A program made the position numbers and the translations under genes. From Octopus bimaculoides (taxonomy: Eukaryota), in NCBI RefSeq assembly GCF_001194135.2, contig NC_068997.1, positions 30,497,495 through 30,561,341 of the forward strand: 63,847 nucleotides of DNA, given 5' to 3'. The notes under the pieces are model-generated. The model saw only the letters and a list, made by a program, of their open reading frames with translations, did no database searches and had not been told where the DNA came from. Shown in pieces: positions 51,008 through 63,600 of this stretch (position 1 is its first letter; the number at the start of each line of letters is the position of its first letter).

Positions 51008-51691
51008 NNNNNNNNNNNNNNNNNNNNNNNNNNNNNNNNNNNNNNNNNNNNNNNNNNNNNNNNNNNNNNNNNNNNNNNNNNNNNNNNNNNNNNNNNNNNN
51101 NNNNNNNNNNNNNNNNNNNNNNNNNNNNNNNNNNNNNNNNNNNNNNNNNNNNNNNNNNNNNNNNNNNNNNNNNNNNNNNNNNNNNNNNNNNNNNNNNNNN
51201 NNNNNNNNNNNNNNNNNNNNNNNNNNNNNNNNNNNNNNNNNNNNNNNNNNNNNNNNNNNNNNNNNNNNNNNNNNNNNNNNNNNNNNNNNNNNNNNNNNNN
51301 NNNNNNNNNNNNNNNNNNNNNNNNNNNNNNNNNNNNNNNNNNNNNNNNNNNNNNNNNNNNNNNNNNNNNNNNNNNNNNNNNNNNNNNNNNNNNNNNNNNN
51401 NNNNNNNNNNNNNNNNNNNNNNNNNNNNNNNNNNNNNNNNNNNNNNNNNNNNNNNNNNNNNNNNNNNNNNNNNNNNNNNNNNNNNNNNNNNNNNNNNNNN
51501 NNNNNNNNNNNNNNNNNNNNNNNNNNNNNNNNNNNNNNNNNNNNNNNNNNNNNNNNNNNNNNNNNNNNNNNNNNNNNNNNNNNNNNNNNNNNNNNNNNNN
51601 NNNNNNNNNNNNNNNNNNNNNNNNNNNNNNNNNNNNNNNNNNNNNNNNNNNNNNNNNNNNNNNNNNNNNNNNNNNNNNNNNNNNNNNNNNG

Positions 51692-51780
51692 TGCAGCTGA
51701 AGATTGCTCTTCATATTGCATTTAAGGTAATGCTCACATTACTTAAATAAATTGAAGTAGCACGAAACGTGCGTACTGCA
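51692..51780 (+). ncRNA. Type I hammerhead ribozyme with extended stem II (Penelope 3' end)
   Basis: tgcag CTGAAGA t tgctcttca...tgaagtagca c GAAA C GTGC GTA ctgca. Stem I tgcag/ctgca, self-complementary stem III ACGTGCGT (with G-U pairs), GUA triplet. The stem II closing pair is T-C rather than G-C. Confidence 0.7.
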
Positions 51781-51939
51781 ATCACTTTTGAAATCCGTGT
51801 TGCTTATTGTTTGATTTTAATCACCCATCCTTTTGGGATGCGATATTCGGGTGCCTTCGCATAAGTACCATATTCAAGCCTTGAATCTATATCTAAACCG
51901 TCTACATATATATATATATATAAATACATATATATATAT

Positions 51940-52090
51940 ATTCGACAGGCTTCTTTCAGGTTCTGTTTAGCAAATCTACTCACAATGCTTTGGTCAGCCT
52001 GCGGTAAAAGTAGAAAAGGTGCCCAAAGTGCACGCAGAGAGACTAAACCAAGAACCATGTGGTTGGGAAGCAAGCTTCTTACCCTGTGCC
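51940..52090 (-). mobile_element. tRNA-derived SINE head with CORE-like segment
   Basis: Minus strand ggtaagaagcttgcttcccaaccacatggttc...ttgggcac...gaccaaagcattgtgagtagattt...gaaagaagcctgtcg. A partial copy also occurs at about 4527-4625. Confidence 0.6.
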
Positions 52091-52399
52091 TATGAAAAAT
52101 GACATATGAAAACTATAAATGATTAAGTTAAAAATATATACCTGTTTAAAGTATGAAGTATATAACTGATCAAGGTGTAAATTATACCTGATTAAGGTAC
52201 AAAACATATTTAATTAAAGTAAAAAAAACCTCTGGAGAGTCATTCTCTTTTAGTGCCTTATTAATTTAACACACTTCTGGTCTGATATCCACTCATCTAC
52301 TTATTTATGTTTTACTAAAATTTTCGTTGCGACTTGTAACCTTTTCAATAGTTGTTGATTCTGTCTGTTATCATAATTGCAGTTTTGCTTTTGTTTTTT

Positions 52400-52767
52400 T
52401 TTACATATGTACGTGCGTCAGTGTATGTGTGCACATACACATGTATTTGTGTATGGGATAATGTATGTGTGTATGCATATATATATATATATATGTATGC
52501 ACATTTATATGTATGTACTCTGCATGTATGCATGTGTATGCATGTATGTGTGTATGCATATATATATATATATATATAAATATATATATATACATATGTG
52601 CACATTTGTATCATCATCATCATCATCATCATCATCGTTTAACGCCTACTTTCCATGCTGGCATGGGTTAGATGTTTTGACTGAGGACTAGCAAGCCAGA
52701 AGGCTATACCAGGCTTTACTCTGCATATCTCTGTGCTTGTGTGTTCAAGTCTGTGTGTTTGTGCGTT

Positions 52768-52809
<42 letters not shown>

Positions 52810-53040
52810 TCTGTCTCCTTGTGTGTGCATGTTTGAGTGTGTCTTTATGGGTTTGTATGACTATATATGTGCATCTGTTACAGATGGATTTGTGTCTCCA
52901 TAAGTGTCCTTGTGTGAAGTGTGCATGTGTATATTTAGACGTATGCTCCTGTCTTCATTTGTATGTATGTATGTATGTGTGTGTGGGGGTGTTGCCTGTC
53001 TATCCATATTACTTATGTATCTATCTGTATATCTATAAAA
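52400..53040. repeat. Compound (TA)/(TG)/(TATG) microsatellite with an embedded short RTE tail (52610-52720, minus)
   Basis: Seen directly. Confidence 0.85.
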
Positions 53041-53334
53041 AAATGCATATTTGATAAATTATATCTTATTAGATTCTAAAATATATCTCATTCAAGTATA
53101 AAGTATAACCTAATTTAGGTCTAAAATATTAGGGTAGGAAATATATTTGACTCATGTATAGTGAAACTGTTTAACACTTTCATTTTATTGTAATATTAGA
53201 CATATTATTAATGTGGCTGCTTTAACCTTAAATACTGGAGAATTTGCTCACCAGAACTTTTTTTAGCATCAAGTCACATGGCCTAGTTGTTGGCCAAATT
53301 AGTTACAGGTATTGGTCAGCTTTAACTGTCCAAT

Positions 53335-54085
53335 CAGGTGTTTGCAAAAGAGTTTGTTCCCAATACGGGAAAAACCATTTTTGCTTGTGGGGCCTACCCA
53401 TGGTTATATAAACACCAGTTTCTCCCCCTATTTGTCACTTTGGACCAGCCATCACTCAACAGACATGAGCCTGTCTCACAACTTTCTTCAACCAGTCATC
53501 ACAACAGACAGCAGACCACAGCCACATCATAGGACCAGCATTCAACAGAATTTCTCAATTCATTGGATCCTCCAGGACTACCTCCCCAAAGAATGGAACT
53601 TAAATTAGGAACTCCAGTAATGTTTTTGAGGAATTTGAATCCACCATCACTCTGCAGTGGGACACACCTGGTGGTAAAGAAGATGATGCCACATGTTATT
53701 GAGGCCACCTTTCTCTCTGGATGTGGACATGGAGAGGATGTTTGCATTCCCAGGATTCCTCTCATTCCTTCAGGAGGAGAATTTCCTTTTTCATTCAGAA
53801 GAGTGCAATTTCCTATTTGTATCAACAAATCCTAGAGTCAAACACTTCACTTGGAAAAGTGGTGCCTCTCACACGGGCAATTATATGTTGGCTGCTCTAG
53901 AGTGGGAAGCAAAAAATTTCTATTGGTTCTATATGGGAAAACAAAGGTTTTGTAGGAATTACTACATCCTATGATGCACTCTAGTATCCAATGCTCTTTG
54001 TGAATAGTGAAGATGGGTACCATTTCGACATAACACCAACTAACCCAAAGACTGCACCAACAATGCTGTTTCCTGCAGGGACTTC
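53335..54085 (+). mobile_element. Helitron remnants (PIF1 helicase C-terminus and Rep fragments)
   Basis: GLPPQRMELKLGTPVMFLRNLNPPSLCSGTHLVV...IPRIPLIPS...FPFSFRRVQFPI (53563-53835) and YDAL*YPMLFVNSEDGYH...VSCRDF (53963-54085). Confidence 0.8.
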
Positions 54086-54310
54086 AGTATCAAAGCATAT
54101 TCTCCAGTTGATCCCATCAACCACGTGGTAAACCATTACACCTTATCCTTTCAAGTAATTCATTACTACATATTCTTATGTGACTGCATAGGCTCAGTTT
54201 ATGTTTCTTATTCTACAGCTACACCGGCAATCCAATGTCAACCCTTTGCAACATTTCAACAGTCTACTTCCCATTGCTGTCTCACATTTCAGCTCCTTTC
54301 CAGAATGTAC

Positions 54311-54486
54311 CTATTTACGTACAATATCTCCATTACACCTACATTCATTGAACTGTCAACCATACGATGGGTTGTGTTAAACACAGCACCGACTGCTGCG
54401 AAGGAGAGTATATTCACTGACAGCTTTCCCCGTCGTTCAAAAATCGCCATACATCCCACTCCCAATTTTCCATGACAGGTTAGGTC
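54311..54486 (-). CDS. Candidate upstream exon of the TRPM-like gene (SLOG N-terminal half)
   Basis: Acceptor gattccag (alternative ttattaag, exon start 54519), donor gtacat; open frame DLTCHGKLGVGCMAIFERRGKLSVNILSFAAVGAVFNTTHRMVDSSMNVGVMEILYVN(R). Loosely matches TRPM VG-A...RGKIxxIGIAPWGxVxN. The linking exon was not seen. Confidence 0.45.
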
Positions 54487-54925
54487 CTGGAATCCACCAA
54501 ACAGACACATGATATGTTGCTTAATAAAATTAGCTGATTATTTACTCCACAAATGTTTTGTCCTCAATATTGTATTTCTTTTACCACATGTAAGAAGGAG
54601 GTAGGACATTTGATTGTAGTATCTTATAATCATATTTTGTTTATAGAAATCACACAAATTGTAGCTTAACATTTGTTACTAAGCTGTTCTAAATTCATGG
54701 AAATATTGATTATAATTTAAAGCCTTCTTATTAAACTTTTGAAAACAGTGACACTACTTTGATAGGTAACACGTTGGGGGGGGGTGAAGTATTACCATGA
54801 TGAGGGATGCAATGATGGTCACAATTTGTTAAGTTCAGAAGGATCATTTATTTTTTATTTCATGAAAAACAGCTGTTTTGGCTATACAAATTTAATCATG
54901 AGTAGAACAGATATATACACACACA

Positions 54926-54972
<47 letters not shown>

Positions 54973-55049
54973 ATATTGTATATTGTATATATATTATGAC
55001 ATTTATTTCAATTAGCTTGAATGGAGTTGTTTACATTTGTGCAAGAAGT

Positions 55050-55830
55050 AAGGTGAAGAGGAAGTTCTGCTAGGTTCCTCACAAGCAAAGAACATAGGTA
55101 TAAGATTTTCTGGGCAGGTAACACTGATGGGGTCGTGGGTGTGGGTATACTTCTTGCAGAGAAATGGGTTGATAAGAGAATTGAGGTAGTCAGTCTGTGA
55201 TAGAATACTTAAGATTAGATTAGTGCTGCAACATAGGTTGGCAACTATTATCTCGGCCTATGCCCCTCAGTAGAGGGAACCTGCAGAAGAGGGAGACACA
55301 CAAAGACTTGGGATGGGGTGGTGAGGCACAACCTCTGAAAGTTGGGCCTCACAGATGCAATGACAAGTAACCGAGACCTTTAGAGAGGTGATGTGTTTGA
55401 GAAGACCCGGCAAGCCAAGTAAGACTGTTACCGTGGCATATGCCAGTGCATCATAACTGGCCCATTTAAGAGTACCCTTCAATGATTGGGCAATAAACTG
55501 TGCTTGCGAAGACCTGTTGAGGCAAGTGAAGTCATTATCATGGCCAATGACAGTACTGCCTTATTGGCATCCGTGCCATTGGCACGTAAAATCACCATTC
55601 AAGCATGGTCGATGCCAGTGCTGGCTGACTGATCCTGTGCCGGTGGTACGTAAAAAGCACCCACTACACTCTCGGAGTGGTTCGTGTTAGGAAGGGCATC
55701 CAGCTGTAGAAACTTTGCCAGATCGGATTGGAGCCTAGTGCAGCCTTCTTGCTTGCCAGCCCTCAGTCAAACTGCCCAACCCATGCCAGCATGGAAAGTG
55801 GATGTTAAACGACGACGATAAGGATGATAG
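55050..55830 (+). mobile_element. Internally deleted RTE LINE (APE start fused to ORF end, 3' UTR and tail)
   Basis: 55060-55270 matches 60775-60982 (YKIFWAGNTDG...ISAYAPQ). 55268 onward matches 63560 onward and ends ...gttaaacgacgacgat. Confidence 0.8.
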
Positions 55831-55959
55831 TTATCATACATTTTATTACATTAATTAAGAAAATAATTATTTAATTAATAATTGAATTCAATTGAGAAAA
55901 TATGAAGTACACCATAACAGTAATAATGATCTTATATAATTTTAATTTATAAAAACTTG

Positions 55960-56520
55960 TAAGATACTCCTCCAGTTGTTTATGGCTGTCCAAGATCATC
56001 CTGCCCAGTGTGCAGTATGACATTGACTTCTTTCTGGGATTCAGCATCTTGATCAGGTCGACCAAGTTGGAGGAGTCCCCTACATGCAGTGGTAGCATGT
56101 CGTTGACAAACAGGTCTACAATCCTTCTATCCACCATAGACTGATGGACGCCAGTGCCAGCAGTTTGGGCAAATGCCTGGCTAATGCTAGGCTGGCATGC
56201 TTTCTTTGCACATGGCAGCAGCGACTAGCCACTGGCTCTACTACCAGAAGATTGCCTGTGTTTCCCACGGGAAGAGCTGGCCTTGATCCTTTCCTCAAAC
56301 TGGATGGCATACGCTCGGTGTTTCCTCTTGGCATACAACTTCAAGTTGTAGAGGCTCGTCACTTGTCCCTTGATGGTGATCTCCTTGGGCTGGCACATGA
56401 CAGCATTTTAGCTTTCATCTTATCCCTTCACGTCAGGGCAAAGTAGTCCTCCAGGTGGGGATATGAGTTCTGAGACTCCAGACTCTCAATCTGAGCAACC
56501 TCTGCCTCACCACAGCCATT
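55960..56520 (-). mobile_element. hAT transposase 5' fragment with BED zinc finger
   Basis: YPHLEDYF...KAK(C)LSCA...ITIKGQVTSLYNLKLYAKRKH (frameshifted) and IVDLFVNDMLPLHV..SSNLVDLIKMLNPRKK.MSYCTLGRMI. Confidence 0.65.
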
Positions 56521-56629
56521 CAGGCTCCTCAACAAACCTTTCATTCACAGGCTAAACAAAAACGTCTTCACCTTCCATGAGAATAAGCGGTAACTTGGTA
56601 AGCCAAGAATGTACATTGTGGTTGCTGAC

Positions 56630-59600
56630 ACTGTAACACTTTCTATCATGTGACAATGTCATAGGTGAACACAACTCAAAACTGCAGGATTACACAATGC
56701 TGCTCAGCTAGCTGCTGCTGCATTGACCAGTCACCTCTTGTCATGTGTACATGTAGTCAGATAATAGCATGCCTAACAGGCTCTTCGAGACACGTCCACA
56801 ACAGACAGGAACAAACGTATGGATTCTGCTAGTGGAAGCTGATTGGTCCACTAATGGTTTCCTAAGTTAGTGAAAATGCTAATCTGCTAAAGGAAAAGTT
56901 AGCTTCCCTAATTAGCTGTTACCAGATTAGCAGAAGTGTGTCCATCACTAATAAGAGTGCCCCCACAAAAATAATTAGTAATAATATGTGTGTAACTAAT
57001 TTGGTAGGCCACTTCTGGTAACACGAGTTGAAAGGGGTGTAGCTGGAGGTATAGAGACTGTATATGATGCGTTTGTGGGTGGAGTAAACTGCTTTTGTAC
57101 AGTAGATGACTGAGTAGTCTGTTGTTGTTCAGTAGATGATTCAATAAACGCTTGTTTAATGTGGTCACTACTCACAGTTTGTTGTTTGCCATCAACACCT
57201 ACTACCATAAATGTAGGTTTTACTTTAAGAACTCGGTATGGACCACTATAAGAAACTTGAAGAGGTTGTTTAACAAGATCATGGTGAATAAAAAGAGTAG
57301 TCCATGAATGGATATCAGGAGGCACAAAAGACTTGTTAAGTAACAAGAGGAGGTAATTCTTTCATGTAATTCCATAAACGATGTATGTAATCAGCCAGAT
57401 CAGAAATTTGTTAGGGAGTTGCAGGTACGATCATCTGGACAGGTAAACAAAGTGGGGAACTGTAGAGCAGTTCCCTCGGAGAAAATCCTAGGTCATCGTT
57501 AACAACCGAATGAAGACCTAAGATAACAACCAGTAATTTTTCCAACCATCTGTCTGAATGAGGGTGAACATGTAAAGCAGTTTTTAACTGACAATGAAAT
57601 CTCTCTATCATTCCATTAACCATGGGATGATAAGCAGTGGTACAGATGCATTGTGATACTTGTAATTTTGAGAAATCAGTAAAAATAACTGATTCGAAAT
57701 GTCAACCATGATCTGTACTGATAGTCAGATGGACTCCAGGCTGCGTAAACCAGCCAGCTATGAGAGCCTTCGCAATTGTAAGAGCTGAGATATCCTTGAT
57801 AGGAAAGGCTTCAGGTAATCTTGAAAACAATTGATGCTGGTCAACAAATATAGATAATCTTGTGCTGGTGGCAAAGGACCAACGATATCAATCTGAATGT
57901 ACTTAAAGCGTGCGTCCGGGGTGGCAAAAGTAACTAAGGGTGCTTGAATGTGGTGTTGCACTTTGATCTTCTGGTACAAAACACAGGTTCATGCCCAATG
58001 TTGAATATCCTTTCGCATACTGGGCCAAACAAAATGACTAGAAATCAAACTCGTCATTACTGAAATACCAGGGTGAGACAAATTATGGAGCACCAAAAAT
58101 ACTGTTCCTCTGTGCTCTTTAGGAATATGAGGTCGAGATACATCGGTAGACATGTCCAACCAGATAGAAGAATCTGAAGATAATAATGGTAACAGCTGGA
58201 GGGCCAGAGAGTGAGAATTCAATGATTTGAGAAAAGAAAATTCTTGATCATTAGTTTGATTCAAAGCTAATTGTTACAAATCAATTGAATTAGTAGTGTG
58301 CAAAGCGTTAATATGAACACGAGATAACGCATCAGCTGCAGAACTATCCACATTCTTGATATTTTGGATGACTAAGGTATCCTTCGAAAGGAAATCCAAA
58401 CATTGCAAACCTACTGTAGGAGAATATTTAATTGGATTTTGACTAGAAAGAAAAAGTTAATGGCTTGTGATTTGTAAAAAATGTGAACTAGCATCTTTCA
58501 AGAAAATGTCAAAAAGGTCTAACAGTGTGATAAGCAGACAACAACTCTCTACTGAAAATGCTACATCTAGTCTCTGCAGGCTTGAAACGGTTTCCAATTA
58601 CCGCTGACCAACTGTTAAAGAACTGCACCTACCCTGACATCAAATGGATCAACCACCAATGATAAAGGTGCCTCAGGAATGGGGTGGGCTAACAGTGTTA
58701 TTCTGGATAACTTCTTGATATCATCAAATGTTTGCAAGTGAGAAGAATCTAGTGATAAAGCTTTTTACGATTTCTTAAAAGTTCAATAAGAGGACAGATA
58801 GTCTCTGTACAATGAGGAATGAATGTCCTGTAGAAATTAATGAGACCAAGATACTCGTGTAACTTCGTAATGAAGTAGGGACAGGAAATTACGAATAGCT
58901 TCAGTTTTAGCTGGTAGTAGATGTATACCTTTCTTGTCAATTGAATATCTAAGAAAAGTGAGAGAAAGAACACTGAACACACATTTATCAGCATTAATAA
59001 TGACACCATATTTCATCAAGCAAGTAAAAAGTTGTATGATAGTCAGTTCTATTGTAGAAGAGCATTTATCAAAAAATCGTTGATGTAAGTGAAGAAAAAA
59101 TTTAAACCATGAGTTACTTCATCCATGAAGCATTGGAAGACATTGGCAGCATTTTGTAGGCCAAAAGGCATCTGCACAAATTTAAAAAGGCCAAAAGGAG
59201 TAGCTATGGCAGTCTTAGGTACGTCGGATGGTTCAGCTGGAATTTGGTTATAAGCTCGCACCAAATTATCGATTTTAGAAAAGATGGTGCCGCTGTGTAA
59301 ATATACTGAAAAATTTTGTAAATGAGGTATCGGATAATGACTCAGAACTAATCATGGCGTTCAAACAACAATAATCTCCACAAAGTTCAAAGTCTGACGA
59401 ATTTTTCTTTGAAACAAGATGCAGTTGGGAACACCAATTACTACGGGAAGGATGAATTATCCCTAAGTCAAGCATGTAATGAAACTCATTTTTAGAAACT
59501 TTGAGTTTATCTGGGTCAAGACGTTGAGGAGTGGAAACCACAGGAGGACCTTTAGTAAGAATACGATGCATTACAGAGTGAATTGATGATCTATTTTGAA

Positions 59601-59995
59601 AAACATTTCAGGTCAACTCTGGAAATTTTGATAGTAGCTCTTGAGAAACATTTGAAGGAGATGGAATAAAAAATAGAGGACTAACAGTAGCACTTCTTGA
59701 AGACAAACCTTGAGTAGAAAGAAGAGTCTGAGCATCTATTAGTTTCTTTTTTCTCAGATCAACTAAAAAAATAGAAATGGTCGAAAAAGTCAGCACCAAG
59801 AATTGGGTATGGAAGATCAGCAATAACAAATTCCCATTGAAATGGTCTGCGAAGGTTGATGGACAAAATAAACAACTTTTCTGCATAGGTGAGAAGTAAT
59901 GAATGATTAACTGCCTATAACAAAATGGAGGCTGGTTGGCATAAATCAATAATAAAACTTGCAAGTCAGACACTACATGCAGTACCAATATCAAC
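56630..59995 (-). mobile_element. Decayed Ty3/Gypsy LTR retrotransposon (protease-RT-RNase H-integrase and 3' LTR)
   Basis: Minus strand [44 protein letters not shown]...YIND, YLGLINFYRTFIP, LHNLSHPG...FVWPSMRKDI, IDIVGPLPP and NGMIERFHCQLK. PPT ttttgtggggg; LTR at about 56630-56950 ending gtgttaca. The 5' end is lost toward the gap at 60125. Confidence 0.85.
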
Positions 59996-60659
59996 TAATA
60001 ATTGTTTTTTTTTTTAGTTGGTGTTTCTAAAAAAGTGAAACCGGTTAAGTAAATAAATATTTTTAAAAAATAAGTGCATTTTCAAACCTTCTTTCATATA
60101 TATTTCCACTCGTACGGTATTCCANNNNNNNNNNNNNNNNNNNNNNNNNNNNNNNNNNNNNNNNNNNNNNNNNNNNNNNNNNNNNNNNNNNNNNNNNNNN
60201 NNNNNNNNNNNNNNNNNNNNNNNNNNNNNNNNNNNNNNNNNNNNNNNNNNNNNNNNNNNNNNNNNNNNNNNNNNNNNNNNNNNNNNNNNNNNNNNNNNNN
60301 NNNNNNNNNNNNNNNNNNNNNNNNNNNNNNNNNNNNNNNNNNNNNNNNNNNNNNNNNNNNNNNNNNNNNNNNNNNNNNNNNNNNNNNNNNNNNNNNNNNN
60401 NNNNNNNNNNNNNNNNNNNNNNNNNNNNNNNNNNNNNNNNNNNNNNNNNNNNNNNNNNNNNNNNNNNNNNNNNNNNNNNNNNNNNNNNNNNNNNNNNNNN
60501 NNNNNNNNNNNNNNNNNNNNNNNNNNNNNNNNNNNNNNNNNNNNNNNNNNNNNNNNNNNNNNNNNNNNNNNNNNNNNNNNNNNNNNNNNNNNNNNNNNNN
60601 NNNNNNNNNNNNNNNNNNNNNNNNNNNNNNNNNNNNNCATATATACAAATATATATATA

Positions 60660-63600
60660 TGTATTGGCACTCTCAATGTCGGCACTCTGAAAGGTAGGTC
60701 TGGTGAGATTGTTGAGATGCTTGAACGGAGACGGGTTGATCTGTGCTGCATCCAAGAAGTAAGATGGATAGGAGGGTCCGCGAGGTTTCTCACAGGCAAA
60801 GAACAAAGGTACAAGATTTTCTGGGCAGGGAACACTGACGGGATCGGGGGCGTGGAAATACTTCTAGCAGAGAAATGGGTTGATAAGGTAATCGAGGTCG
60901 TTAGAGTAAGTGACAGAGTACTTAAGATTAGACTAGTGCTTCATCATAGGTTAGCTACCGTCATCTCGGCCTATGCCCTTCAACCGAGGCTACAGGATGG
61001 GCAGAAAGACCAATTCTACGACACCCTCTTCCAAACTACCTCATCGACGAATGACAGGGACCTTCTCTTTGTGGCTGGTGACTTCAACGGTCATGTAGGA
61101 CGTCATGCAGGGGGCTTCCATAGCATTCATGGAAATTATGGCTTCGGTTCCCGCAATGAGGAGGGAACCAGACTGCTGGAGTTCTGTGATACAAACGACC
61201 TTATGGTTTGCAATACCAACTTCAGGAAACCAGCCTGTCACCTAGTCACCTACCGTTCCGGCAGACACTCTAGCCAAATCGACTACATCCTCGCCAGAAA
61301 TAAGGAAAGAGGGCAGCTTATAAATGCCAAAGCCTTCCCTGACAAAGTATGTACCCCTCAACACAGGTTAGTAGTTAGCGACTTCGAAATCAAGGCAAAA
61401 ACGATGCCCAGATGTAAACCGGCTTGGAGGAAAAGGGTTTGGAAGCTTAAAGATCCTGCATATGGACAGAGATTTAGGGACATACTACTCGAAGCATTTG
61501 ACGAAATAGAAGGGGATATAGCATCATATAACGTGGAAGACAACTGGAGGTTTCTACGGGACAACCTGTTGAGAGCCACCGATCAGATCTGTGGCTGGTG
61601 TAAAGTCCCCTGCCGACCCAAAGTAACGTGGTGGNNNNNNNNNNNNNNNNNNNNNNNNNNNNNNNNNNNNNNNNNNNNNNNNNNNNNNNNNNNNNNNNNN
61701 NNNNNNNNNNNNNNNNNNNNNNNNNNNNNNNNNNNNNNNNNNNNNNNNNNNNNNNNNNNNNNNNNNNNNNNNNNNNNNNNNNNNNNNNNNNNNNNNNNNN
61801 NNNNNNNNNNNNNNNNNNNNNNNNNNNNNNNNNNNNNNNNNNNNNNNNNNNNNNNNNNNNNNNNNNNNNNNNNNNNNNNNNNNNNNNNNNNNNNNNNNNN
61901 NNNNNNNNNNNNNNNNNNNNNNNNNNNNNNNNNNNNNNNNNNNNNNNNNNNNNNNNNNNNNNNNNNNNNNNNNNNNNNNNNNNNNNNNNNNNNNNNNNNN
62001 NNNNNNNNNNNNNNNNNNNNNNNNNNNNNNNNNNNNNNNNNNNNNNNNNNNNNNNNNNNNNNNNNNNNNNNNNNNNNNNNNNNNNNNNNNNNNNNNNNNN
62101 NNNNNNNNNNNNNNNNNNGATACACGAAGGAGTCATACCCAATGACTGGTGTAGCAGCACCATAGTCAACTGCTACAAAGGTAAAGATGATGCTTTAGAT
62201 AGAAATAATTACAGAGGTATCAAGTTGTTAGATCAGGTGATGAAAGTCACGGAGAGGGTCATAGCCCAACTAATTAGGGAGAGAGTCAGTTTAGATGAGA
62301 CGCAGTTTGGGTTCATGCCAGGGAAAAGCACCACTGATGCTATATTTCTGGTAAGACAGCTGCAGCAGAAATACCTAGCCAGGGATAAATCTCTGTACCT
62401 GGCTTTTGTTGACATGGAGAAAGCCTTTGAATGGGTCCCCCGATCCCTTATCTGGTGGTCAATGAGGAAACTAGGAATAGAAGAATGATTAGTGAGAGTT
62501 GTGCGAGCCATGTACAGAGACGCTGTCAGTAAGATGAGGGCTGGCAATGAGTAAAGTGAAGAATTCCGTGTAGAGGTAGGGGTCCACCAAGGTTCAGTCC
62601 TCAGCCCCCTCCTATTTATGATAGTCCTCCAGGCAATAACACAGGAATTTAAGACAGGATGTCCCTGGGCTCCTCTATACTGATGCCCTTGCACTAATCG
62701 CTGAGTCACTATCAGAACTAGAGGAGAAGTTTCAGGTGTGGAAGCAGGGACTAGAATCGAAGGGCTTTAGAGTCAACCTAGCCAAAACCAAAGTCCTTAT
62801 AAGTAGAAAGGTAGAGAAAACACAAACCACTTCAGGTAGATGGCCCTGCTCGATTTGTAGAAANNNNNNNNNNGTCCTTATAAGTAGAAAGGTAGAGAAA
62901 ACACAAACCACTTCAGGTAGATGGCCCTGCTCGATTTGTAGAAAAGGTGTAGGTAGAAACTCTATAAGATGCTCCCAGTGCAAGCTATGGACACATAAGA
63001 GGTGCAGCAATATCAAAGGAAGGTTAACTAGGAAGTTAGTTTTTGTATGCCGCAGATGTTTAGGTGCAATAAACACTGTAAATATGCAGAAAACAACTTC
63101 TGTCTCATTCCAGGGAGAAAACCTAGACGTAGTTGATAGCTTCTGCTATCTGGGTGACCAACTTAGTAGTGAGGGAGAGTGCGCTGAAAGTGTAGCTGCT
63201 AGAATAAGAATAGCCTGGGCAAAGTTCAGAGAACTCTTACCTCTGCTGGCGACAAAGGGCCTCTCACTCAGAGTAAAAGGCAGACTGTATGACGCATGTG
63301 TATGAACAGCCATGTTACATGGCAGTGAAACATGGGCCGTGACTGCTGAGGACATGCGTAAGCTCACAAGAAATGAAGCCAGTATGCTCCGATGGATAAG
63401 TAATGTCAGTGTGCATACCCGACAGAGTGTAAGTATCTTGAGAGAAAAGTTGAACATAAGAAGCATCCGTTGTGGTGTGCAAGAGAGACGATTGCGCTGG
63501 TATAGCCATGTGGTGAGAATGGATGAAGATAGTTGCATGAAAAAGTGCCACACCCTAGCGGTTGAGGGAACCTGTGGAAGAGGCAGGCCTAGGAAGACCT

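Noticed and set aside
9754-62488. Long ORFs (200-650 aa) in the supplied track that are mostly X
   Set aside because: They run through assembly gaps (9913-10700, 19999-20343, 25066-25373, 38985-39328, 49884-50451, 51008-51690, 60125-60637, 61635-62118) where no stop can be called.
62793-62945. Exact ~70-bp direct repeat in the RTE ORF
   Set aside because: The two copies flank a 10-N gap, the usual sign of overlapping contig ends rather than a real duplication.
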